Assembly (NCBI GenBank): GCA_002633005.1
Contig: NMRA01000812.1
Span: 1-64,000 of the forward strand
Length of the DNA: 64,000 bases
Direction of reading: 5' to 3'
Source: Phoronis australis
Lineage: Eukaryota; Animalia; Phoronida
Shown in pieces: positions 12,720-23,899 of this stretch; the first letter of the stretch is position 1, and every line of letters begins with the position of its first letter. The translations under genes and the position numbers were made by a program. The notes beneath the pieces were generated by a model. That model made no database searches and had not been told where the DNA came from. It saw only the letters and a program-made list of their open reading frames with translations.

Positions 12720-13266
12720 AATATGTGGGTGGTGTGATTCGTGGAACAATTTATTGCATCCCTGCAATCACAGAGTGGATCAGAGTATGTTATATCATAG
12801 CTGTTCGGAGGGTTTTAATGCGAAGATTTAAGACGTATTTTGAATAAACTTAACAGGAAATGTAATAGCGACGATTCTCTAGACGTCGGGGAATGCGTGC
12901 TGATCCTTCAACGAAAATTGGCAAATATAGTATTGAGGGACCTTGGCACGGTGTCATTAAAATTGATATTGATATTAATTAGCCATTTACTTTCTACTAA
13001 AAAAACCAACATTAACTTTATTGGGTGTCTCAAGGTCTTTATTGCTTTGCCCATGATTGTAAGCACATGTATAATCTGCGAAGTGGTAACGTAAACAAGT
13101 TTTTTTTTAAATAAAGAGATAACAATAAAACGAAGATAGATACACACACATCTCTTCATGAATTACTACTGACAAAGAACACAATATAGAACACAGATCT
13201 GGTAAAATTATAAACGGAAACAAAATAAAATTCCATAGTGTAAAACATATCTTCGGGGTAAACGCT

Positions 13267-13475
13267 TCATTCTAAGAACCACTTGCAGTCATCGCCTTTG
13301 TTGGCAACACCTGTGAATTTGCCATTGCGAATCGCCAAGTATCTTTTGCCGAAGTTAGCGAAAAGGACGACGGCTCTTCTGCCGCTGGAGTCCGTTTCAT
13401 CGTTAGTAAGAATCCATTCCTCGGCGCCGTGGTGTGAACCTTTTGTGTACATGTAGTCTCCATTTGGGTCGTAAC
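13267..13475 (-). CDS. TIR gene last coding exon
   Basis: GYDPNGDYMYTKGSHHGAEEWILTND...LFANFGKRYLAIRNGKFTGVANKGDDCKWFLE*; acceptor tctcag. Confidence 0.88.
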
Positions 13476-16400
13476 CTGAGATGAGTATTTTGTTGCTAAA
13501 TTATATGCAAACAACTTTTTGTTATGTGTAACAATACAAACGCGAAAGTATCAACATTTGTCTGCGTCATCGTCGTATTTCACTGAACACCGAATCTAAC
13601 ATTCAAGCAGTTCTATCTCTCCGTAAATATGCAAATGAGCGTTTTCCTAAGGGCCATCCTATTCCCGATGCCTGAGCTCAAGTTCACGTGTGACGGTGTA
13701 ATAAAACTGTCTTTGTTAAACAACATTGTTTTTGACAACTTATTGTCATAACTCTGAACTCGCTCCTTGCTAACTTCTATAAAAAAGAGGTTTCAGGCTT
13801 GGGAGGAACCGACAATCCGCTTTTGCTTGAAACCAAGCACCACAAAGTTGCCTTGTCTCGGCAAGCCATGTGCTGAGCTAGGCCTTAAGCAAAAAAAGTC
13901 TTATAGGCCTTCCCAAGCACGAAAACACTTCTAATATTAGTATGGAACAAGTAAATACCAGAATTATAACGTAGAGTGGCCTACTTCCGCAGATAAATTA
14001 AGGAAGCTGGCTCCCCGGAAGCGCGACCAAAAACGCCGTTGCCATGCCGGCTTTCACCAACATTTTTCCTTCATAAATTGTAGTTACACTCCCTAAAATC
14101 ACCTTAGATGGGCAAGATAATTAAGCAACTGCCAATATTTTGACAGGGGTAGGGTTTACACAACCTTTGAGGCACATGTATTAAGTGAATGAGAGTGATC
14201 TTACAGAATTAAAGAATTTGTTATCTAAATCAAGTTCACGTTCGTTCAGCTGTTATTACCGTTTGACATTTGTTCGTGCGAAGAACAGTTTGTGTGTTTA
14301 TTTCCCAAAATGATTTTGGGATGACGGGAAATTGTTTTACTGGGAACTACGATGTTTTTCGTTTTCTAGGAATCCGGACATCACTTCTAAGAGGCACGAA
14401 AAATGACGTAGTTGGCTCTAACTGCAGAGAAACGATGAATGCATTTTTAGACTGAGCGCAGCTGACTCTCGCAGAATTCCCATGCTCCTCAGAAAGAGCA
14501 CTTGCTATTCAGCCGCGACACCTTTTGTTAAAATCGAACACAATTTTGAAATCCGAAAACACAGAAACTGTTATGTTGGATTGTTCTCCTCCAGCTATGT
14601 TGCAAACTCCTCAATAACTGTTCTGGAATTAGAAGAACACAATCAGTTTCCAGTTGAAACTGTATCTTGATTCTTTTATAACAGAATATGTTTGTAAACA
14701 TTTTGGGACATCCTGTAATTCTTTTCGTCGGTTGATAGGTCATAGGTCATAGGTTGTGGTGAATAGAATGTTCATCACGTTTATCCAGTTATTAAAGCTG
14801 GTCCTTTGAAAACGGAAGTCTGATTCTGCAAATTGGAGGAATTCCGAAAGAGTGCCTCACGAAGGAGCGGTCATTGACGGTCATTTGGATATTCCCTTAA
14901 GTTTAATGCAATACGATAAAGTACGAAAATTGAATGAACAGAACCACGTGTCCCGCCTTCTCATTTGCCAATGACATTTCTCAAACGTAACATGTTTTCA
15001 ACGCTGTTTCAGGAAACGAAGATACTTCCTAGCATTTTATTAGCCACTTCACAAAAACGTCAGGCAAAACTGAGAACATATAAATTGGACAGAGTGAGGC
15101 GTAACCACCACAATAGTTACCACTAACTCTTCGAAAAATCTGAACCCCTCCCCCGTCAAATTTGAGGAATGTTAGGTGAGGTAGAATGATAGATTTTGTC
15201 TACTCATTTTCAGTTAAATGACTCCAAGTAAACAGAATAATTAATCCTGTGTCAAGAGACCTCGAAAATAGTTCTTGAAACTTGAATTGGTCGCAAAAAG
15301 TAAATATATTTCCTTAGTTGTCGTGATCTATGTATCCGTATGAAGCAAAATTCCCGAGATGTTTGAATAAACAAGATTCGTACAATTTTCCAGAAATTTG
15401 ACTTTTTTCAAACTACTGAAAAAGCTTATGTGAAAGTACAAACCAACTTGAGTAAAATCATCAGTACAAATCGATTTTCGTGCCATGCCGTATTTCCCTG
15501 AATTTCATTTTGGCTGACAGGGTTCTTGAGCAGTGGCTCTTAAATCGATCAAACTTTAGGAAACCTTCATTACCTTGATTCACACAAAAATAATTCTGCG
15601 AACCATCGTAATTAGAGAAAACAAGAGGAAATATGCCAATGGTCAAATTTAAAATCTCCAAAAAGCACTCACTTGACGACTTTGGCCACGATGGTGATGT
15701 TTCGAGATTTGATTTCACTTACCGTTTATGTGTAGGTTAATCGCGAGCCAGGATCGAGATTCGCAAAGGATTCATTTGCAATCTCTTACTACGTATACAG
15801 CCGAACATACGTCATGGTACCGGTGACCGTGACAAGAATTCGATATTTTGAAATCATATGACAAATGTTGTTAAATGATAAATACTTATAAGAACTATGG
15901 GAAGACTTACATGTAATTTGAATTGAATTATGAAATCTGAGATAAAGGTAGATTTTCAACTTTCGTTTTGAAATTGCGACTTTGAAACATGGCACATTGA
16001 ATCACAGCTGGAAATTCTATATTTGAATCTGTAAATGAAAAATGACTTCATATCCGTGTAAACACGGTAGAATGCGTTTTGTAACTGAAAGGAATATCCA
16101 TGATTTCATGCGACAATTGAACTTTTGCATTTCGGCAAATGTGATAACTGAAGTGGCAAACCAAAATAATCCGATTTTGGGAGAAGACGCCTAAGAGTAA
16201 AACTAGGATTCAACATAAGAGTCTGAATCCTAGGTATCCCAAAGTAAGTGTTTGATCATAACTGTCATACACAGTGAATATTTATCCCTCACATCCAGGC
16301 ATGGGACAGAATTTTGACAAAAGGTCAACACTGTGGTGAAGATTTTATCGTATGTAAACATCCATCTCTCTTTTGAGTATTGGTGTGCTATCTTGGCTGC

Positions 16401-19400
16401 GATTGTTTGGTTGTAGGCTACCTTGCTTTAAGATAAAGCCATGTGCCGATGTTTATGGTGTCCAACAAGTGATTAAAATGTGTACGTTGAAATTCAGAAA
16501 ACATACCGAGGTATCCTTTGGTTTCATAGTTTTGGAAGAATCTTATATCTGAGCCCTTCTGCTTCACTTCTACCCAATAACTTGTCGTTTGAGGCTTGTC
16601 CGTTGTAGCCAGACTTGATCGGTTGCCGCTCTGAGCGTGGAACTTGACTTGTCCTGAAAACGATTACAAAGGAATACTCTGTATGTACAGTACCGTATCG
16701 ACTATTATACATTGTATTGAATAATGAAGCGACAAATACTGTGGAAAACTTTAAACGGGAAACATTAAAATTGGACGTGGTTTAAACAATGGTCGTCACC
16801 TAAAGTACAACGTTATCAACTTCATTTTGGTTGAATAGTGTTGGACTAATAACAGTGCCTTAATTGTTTGTGAGTTGCCTTACGCTTAAGAAAGTGAATA
16901 ATTTTAAACAAATTGACATCAACAAATTAAAAAGTAATACAAGCACCAGTACCCCAGTTCAATTATTGTACATCTTGAAGACGTTTACATATGTGCCAAC
17001 AAACCTTTCAATGTATTTCCAATTTTGTTTCCATGACTAAAATTGTGATTTTGTAAATGTTTAACAGATACATGTAGCCAATATTTTATTTGGATATTTA
17101 CACAAACGGTTTTATCCCGGCTAAAGTCAGACGCACAGATGACAATATCAAACACATGTACATGCACCAGATTAACCTTTTAAAAAGAACTGCAGAACTT
17201 TACCCTATATTATTATATCCACTCTGGTCATGTTACAATAATGGGATTGCGGGATTTTATCAGACATTCGTGTAAAACCAACGGACTCTGCATTCTGTTG
17301 CATAATCTCGCTGGCCTGTAAAACACATTTGATGGACGCTCGCTGTCAGTATCGTATTTTTCTACGCAGCTTTGAGCTCGACGCCAACCGACAGGGCACA
17401 CGCAAGACAAGTAGTGAATTGATGGGTGAGAGAGGACGAGCTTACACCATGGCAGATCCAGATTTCCTCATGCCAATTAATACTCCTCGTCACGTTTTGA
17501 TTAACTGAACGCTTTTGTAACAGCTAGTATGTGTAGATAATTGTAAGCTTCATTTGAAATTTGGTTTACTTACCAGTTTCAGCCAGAAATTTGCCAGTGA
17601 TGGCATGCCTGAAAGCTCTGCCAGGATTTTTCTTCAACACCACCTTTGGCGTCGGTGTTTTTTGCGCTTTGGGTAGAGGCTTTGGGGCCCCTACTTTGAC
17701 AATGTCACCTGCCTGGGAAATAATTTCTTTAGCCAAAGATTCGACGCGATTCGCCATATTGTTGTTATCCCTGAAAGGATGTGATAAGTTTCGTTATTTG
17801 CTATGACAGGTCAGACAAAATCCTTACAATACATGTTCCACTGTTTGTAAACTCCTGATGTCAAAAGAATACTTCACATGTTTTAGTCGGGGTACGTATT
17901 TGAAGAATTGAAACTTACAGTACATGTATATGTAAGAATTATCAGTTTCCTTGTATGCCAAATGTTGGTCGCATCACGTGACCAAACTTAAGTCTGAAAA
18001 GACCCCTATCTTCACCAGGCTCAAACCTGGGACTTTCTGATAACCATTCAGACGCTCTAGTCATCCGGGTTATCGGAACCACCGGTCGATTGCAGTGCGA
18101 TTGGATTTCAATAATCGATAGATGGCCCTGATAGTTGAGTGATCTAGAGTGCCTGCACGGTTAGCAAAAGTCCCGTATTCGAGCCTGGTCGGGATAGCTA
18201 TCTTTTCAGAGAAAACTATAGGTCACAGGGTGTGACGAATAGATGGCGTGTAAGAAGACTAGTAGTTTGCTTAGCGTGATGTCTCTTCCTAGACATGCAT
18301 ACGATATATGCCCACTCTAGTTTCGTTTTCATGAGGTTTTGACCCAATTGTTTTTTTGGACGAGTAGACTACCATAGCGTATTTTTGGGTAAACATCCCA
18401 TACAACCATTGAACGAGAGCAACTTGCCTTATTTCATATGCTTAAAATTAATCAAAACTGGCATTTGAACTACACGTTTCAACCAATTCAGTTGTCACTG
18501 GCTGATTGGGAGCCCAGGGTGTAAACACGCATTTCGGGTATTTCATCTACACTGTATAGTGTTTTTCAAGTGAACTTTGGGAAGGTTGTCAGTTCGTAAA
18601 CATCCGATCTGAATACCACAGGTAACTTGATGATGTGAAAAAGATATGACGGAAAACTGCGTTTGTCACTTGAGTGCATCGGAATTAAACTCACTTGTCC
18701 ATTCCACATTCTTTTTAGTGCCAATACTACTAAGTAACCTTCACAAAAATACAAAAATGGCATTCATTGAATAGGTGTATAAATAAGTAATTTGGTGGTC
18801 GACATCCAGAGAGCACAAACTGGAATAAAAGTCTCTGAGTAGTTTACGGATCTGGATAAACATCGGTGGTCATGGGCTCTGGTTAGACGTTTCTAAGTTG
18901 TATGTGACGTCACCGGATGTTTACGAGCCGAAAACCGTCCCTCAAGGTATTTGAAAACGACAGCAGCACAGCAGTTGACATTCATTTCACAATAATCTAA
19001 TAAAATACACTGTTTGTGGTTGGCAGTAGTTTGACTCGAGATGCAAATTATAGGCGCCGTCTGTCAGTCATTGGTTGGATTGCAGCGTCGAATAGCGCTG
19101 ACTAAAAAGTCCGAGTCTGGAGTGGCTGGCTCTGTTGCAGTTGTCACAGGTGTGTAGTAGATCCTGTTGAGTAGGAGTAGAGGCTGCTCTCTGGCGGCTG
19201 TGTTCTTTAAGTAGTGTCCGTCATCTTTGCGCACTGGTTCTAATTCACGACTTGACACTTGATAGTGTTTGTATTGCTTCTGTTAGATCGTCAAAATGTG
19301 ATTGATTTAGGATACATTGTCAGGGATAGCGTAACATTGTTCTTTACCTGAAATCAATCCAGAGAGCTCCAGCTGTTATTATACCCAGCCAACCGCTTGC

Positions 19401-21468
19401 TTTGAAGCTCTTAGCTGCCATTATAGGTACTATAGCTTTGTCCTGTTGGTCGGCATAGTTTAACTCTTTCTTGCAATTCTTTGACTCCTGAAAGACAAAA
19501 CGACGAAGTAAATTAATTCAATAGTTAATTCTTACTTGGCCTTTTACAACCAATCAGATTAAATACCTTTTTATAAAAGATTAATTAACTCAGAAATAAT
19601 GAGTCTATAATAGAAACTACTTTTAATGTTTTTATAAAACCCTGCAGTGACCTCCGAATAATGACAATTTCATGGATGTGAACAACTGGCAGTGATCTAC
19701 CACAGGAAAGTCTCAATGGAATGCCCTAACCTGGTATTTTGGAGTCATAAACGGGCAGACGACAGCAGCGCCCTCCACGCCAGCAGCCATTCTGAAATGA
19801 GAAAAAAAACACCCAGTGAAAGAACCTTCTAGTGCCTTGCTACATATATGAAGCATCTAGCTATGGGTTAACGCCATTCAACGGATTTCCAAAATAGCTC
19901 TCGCAGCCAGAATGGGTACCGTTTCTTCTGAAACAAGGATATTTTTTCGGATTCTAGTTTACTAGGCCTGGCACAAGTAACTTGGGCCTGTAAGTCGAAA
20001 ATGTGTTCAAAATGTCGTTAATTTATCAATATTTGTCTTTAAATGGATAGTTAAAATATTTCAAGCTAGTCAAATGCCAGAGACTTCTATTTGGTAGGTC
20101 AACTGCCAACAAAGTGAAGCCTGGTCAGTTTCAAATTCACGACTTCGGATCTGTGTGCCGCGACCTTCAGATACCATTTCTCAAAACAACACTTTTCCCG
20201 AAAGAGCCACCAGAGGGCACGCCTTCATTTTGGTGGAAAGGAAGTCAGTTTAATTATGCTTTTAAAAACAGCCTTTGGCTGGGATCCTGTGAGAATCGAT
20301 TTAATTTGGATGAACAGAGCTATACATGTATTTGTGAGACCCGGAAGTTATACACCTATACAAAGTAGCACCTGTATTCGGATTTAAAAGCCAAAGGGTA
20401 TGTGTAAAATATTTGTACAAAATCAAAGAGCAAGTCTTTAAAACAGCCTGTGAGTTAGGTTCTTCTACAGTAGTTTCATGGTTTGACTTACTTATGCAAA
20501 AGCGGTTATTTTGAAGGGGTTTTCTTTCGACCAATAAGTAATTAATGAAAGATAGGACTACTAAGAACTGAGTCACAAAGTTTTAAACTCTGATTAAATA
20601 AATGAAGTGTGAATTTACAGTGAACTGTTAAGACCATCTGCGCCCATGTGCGAAAAAACGTCTTCAAAATTTGACGCACTACTTAGGAAAAATACGGACA
20701 TGTACGATACATAGTGTTATTCATTGAAAAGTCAATATATATTGTGCATATGCTTCGTATAAATGACTTACTGAATGACGAAAATCATTTTGGTACTGAA
20801 ATTTTAAAAACGAAAATTGATACAAAGAAACCTTTTACGTTATATACCATTAATAAGAGCGGTCAAAAGATGTCTTAGAACCTCATCTATAAGCATTGAA
20901 AGACTCAAAAATCGTTCCTCGAAGTGTATGTTTGCTGTTGAATTACTTACTTACTTAATAGCTCAACTTACAAAATCATAAATGATCTGTTATGTGAAAA
21001 TGACATAACGCCAACTTCACAGTGAACGTACTTGACAAAGGGTTTCCACTTAGATGATAATACATGAAAAATATTATCTAATTCCCTTTAATTGTACACT
21101 AGACTCTTCATTGCCATGGTTATAATACAGAACATTACGCAGGATTTTGACTACCAATTCGTTCTTTTTTGAAATAAATATATCTGATTGTGAAAACTAT
21201 ACTTTCTGAAATGTTGAAAGAGACACTCTACAACATACAGTACATGTATATTTTTTAATGCATGCCATTGAAAATTTTCTGTCAGATGTTAGTTTGTAAT
21301 AACGTACAGTGTTTGCACTTACGAGTCGTTCACGTTGCCTGACATTCCTCCTTGCATGTCCATCCAAACTGGCATACCCATGGCGTTCAGGTGATCATAA
21401 ACCTGCTTGACCAACGACTGGATATCCCATTGGTATGACAACATCACGTGCTTGGAACTGGACGCCAT
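13267..21468 (-). CDS. TIR domain (TIR_2/SARM1-like) + C-terminal beta-trefoil protein, 6 exons, 299 aa
   Basis: Exons 21468-21323, 19791-19731, 19487-19348, 17770-17574, 16653-16507 and 13475-13267 total 900 nt, are all GT-AG and stay in frame to TGA. TIR motifs: MLSYQW, WMD, MAAGVE, FMTPKYQESKNCKKELNYA, IVPI, GWLG, LWIDF. The C-terminus has three x-x-(F/Y)-L...W repeats. Confidence 0.9.
16507..16653 (-). CDS. TIR gene coding exon 5 (not in the supplied ORF frames)
   Basis: GQVKFHAQSGNRSSLATTDKPQTTSYWVEVKQKGSDIRFFQNYETKGYL; phase 1-1, flanked by ttttcag and gtatgt. Confidence 0.85.
17574..17770 (-). CDS. TIR gene coding exon 4 (end of TIR, Pro/Lys linker, start of trefoil)
   Basis: DNNNMANRVESLAKEIISQAGD...PKPLPKAQKTPTPK...RAFRHAITGKFLAET; flanked by tttcag and gtaagt. 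Confidence 0.88.
17957..18247. repeat. Inverted pair of degenerate tRNA-like sequences
   Basis: The right arm ggccctgatagttgagtgatctagagtgcc...gtcccgtattcgagcctggtc...tcttttcaga mirrors the reverse complement of the left arm ggttccgataacccggatgactagagcgtc...gtcccaggtttgagcctggtg...tcttttcaga; spacer ~40 bp. Confidence 0.65.
19348..19487 (-). CDS. TIR gene coding exon 3 (carries the catalytic-position Glu)
   Basis: ESKNCKKELNYADQQDKAIVPIMAAKSFKASGWLGIITAGALWIDF(R); flanked by tttcag and gtaaag. Confidence 0.9.
19731..19791 (-). CDS. TIR gene coding exon 2
   Basis: (S)MAAGVEGAAVVCPFMTPKYQ; flanked by tttcag and gttagg. Confidence 0.9.
21323..21468 (-). CDS. TIR gene coding exon 1
   Basis: MASSSKHVMLSYQWDIQSLVKQVYDHLNAMGMPVWMDMQGGMSGNVND; donor gtaagt. 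Confidence 0.9.
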
Positions 21469-22639
21469 TGCGTGCTGTGGGTGACTAAAATACAACTTCA
21501 TTCGTTCATAGAGTGCCGCTGAATAAGCATTTGGGTAAAACAAAGCAAATACAGTGTCGACCTTAAATGTAGTACGTTGTGTTTTGGTTGATTTAGGAAG
21601 GACAATAAAGACTGATACACGGTAGTTTACCACAAGAGCACTGACGAGACTTGGAAACGGTTTTGATGCGTACAGTTTACTATTTCGATGGGTATTTATT
21701 ATGAAAGAATTAGAACATTCTCAGTGACCGATAAATTTTCCAGTAAGGGCCAGGAGTGCAACTATCTCGACGAGGCATCCAAGCGCGTTCATTCTCGTCG
21801 TATTCATTTCTCTTGTTGTAATTTTACATGCACGATCTGATAGAAATAGTATATTGGTTATAGATGCACGTACACGCACACACACACATATACACATGTA
21901 GCTACAGCTTGTTTTTTATCTGGGATCAGTGCCCATAGTTGTCGTGGGAGCAAAGTTGTTTGTTCGATCGTTGCTCAAGTACATGTACGTGTACATGTAC
22001 TGACATTGACCTGAGTACAGGTGCTATGGATTTATTTTGAAACAACCTGTAAGTAAAGATTCATATGCAGACAATCTTAATTTATGCGAGTAGAGGGAAA
22101 TTGGATCAAAGTCAAATTCAGCTCAACAGTTTAGGGCTGTTGATGCTCTAAAACAGATACAGATATTACCAAGCCTACTTACATCTGCGTGTGCAGCAAA
22201 CGGCCCTGCACCTGATCAATATATAGCTCACACCTACAGTTCTACTGCACTGTTCTGCAACGCTACGCATGTACAGTTTACCCGGTGTCATGGGAACAAT
22301 GATATGAATGGAAATTATGACAAAAGGAGTACTAATAGAGTTATATGTCAAGCTTGGAAGTCAATATTTGCTCAAAACGCCGAGTCCAGCTTTCAACTAA
22401 TTCAACTGAGTGACATGCAGTGAAAAGTGAAAAATGAATTATCGGGTATGGTATTTACGTTTCGCACGAAATTGTTGCGCAATGAAATACGTTTCCAAAC
22501 GCCTGGGTGGAGACGATGTAGTCCCATACGTATGTATAGAACGCCAACGTCAAATTGAGAACGCGTGTACTGCACTCCGGCGTTCTGTATCATTCGATAC
22601 ACTTTGGGTATTTACGTACCTCAAATTCCCCTCGGATCT

Positions 22640-23234
22640 CTCGCTGGTTCCCTACGTGCCTAACTAGCACGCAGGTATCACGCAGTAGCACGCGCTTTAG
22701 CACTGGTTGATGTAACCTTGGCACTCATTGCGACGGTTAGCTTTACAACAACGTGAAAAATGGCGGATTATGAACGGTTTTATCTTTGTCATGCAAGTGG
22801 CGTAGCAGCAACTATTTCGTTTTTGCAGTATATTCTGCAGTAATGTTTAGTAGCCGCTTGGCTTGAAGCACACACTGTACGTTTACAATAAGCACATATC
22901 TGGCCGATTTTACAGGTGTGTTATTCATACTGTATGAATACAGGACAGTATCGTAAACAAAAGTCTTGACCCTAGAAAGATGCACTCCGAAAAGGCGGAA
23001 CCACAATTTCTGGGATTCACATTTCCTAAACATAAATTTTAAGCACCGATTTGTCAGTACAACAGACCACATTTGCACTTACACCACCAGTCATGCCAGT
23101 TTGTTTGCGTAAACCACTGCCTGTAGAGAATTTGACCAGCTAATCAGAAACGCCAGTGTAAAAAAGTCTCGAGGAAAATTAAGTGATACCTGCGTGCTGG
23201 CTACCACTTCAGCGGCACGTAGGGAACCAGCGAG
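22640..23234. mobile_element. MITE (~595 bp) with CTCGCTGGTTCC termini
   Basis: TIRs ctcgctggttccctacgtgcc...agcacgcaggtatcac / gtgatacctgcgtgct...ggcacgtagggaaccagcgag; CT dinucleotide on both flanks. Confidence 0.8.
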
Positions 23235-23899
23235 CTCGGAGCTTATTGCTATCTACGCCTGTACAAACTTCATGCAACCAGGAGCCACGTGATTTTCAAA
23301 TTGGACAATGATTAGCCCTATGACTGAAGTTCTCATTGGCACAGATAACGTTCACTAAGGGAAATTCTGAGACCACAGTACTAACGCAATGAATGGTCGC
23401 TGCACAAGGCTCGCGTGAATCGCGAAGTCGCTCAGTGATAGAACACGCTCAGACTATATACAGTACATGTACATGTATATAGTACAAAGGCGGAGTTTGT
23501 AGCTGCTTGGCAGACACTATATGTCTTATCATTAGAGACAGAAAAAGTGTCAAGTTAAGCAATGTTCATTCACACCATCTTCCGATGAAATGTGTACAAA
23601 TTACACAGTTGGATTTTATTACTAGTCTTAATCTATTTTAATAAACATTAAAAAGTCGAAGCAATTATATGCACAAGCAAAACAGCAAAACATTCTTGAA
23701 AATTGTTTACACCTCTATTCCAGTAACATTTTATTTTACGCATTCGAGCCTGTCTCCCAAATCCAACAAAAGTTGGTGTACCTTGATTGATTACGAAATG
23801 ATAGGATGTCCTGCTTGGGTGGATCACCGATCCCAGGCGAGATATAATGTAATCCACGTCCAGTCTTGTGCGAAGTGACGTCTGTCCGAACGGTAGGTC

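Noticed and set aside
18124-18200. Functional tRNA gene
   Set aside because: The A/B boxes are degenerate and no clean cloverleaf can be folded; it is treated as a tRNA-derived repeat.
19133-19336. Possible solo LTR (TGTTACG...TGCAACA on the minus strand) overlapping ORF 19064-19258
   Set aside because: No target-site duplication, PBS or second copy was found, and the ORF does not fit the TIR gene splice phases or any motif.
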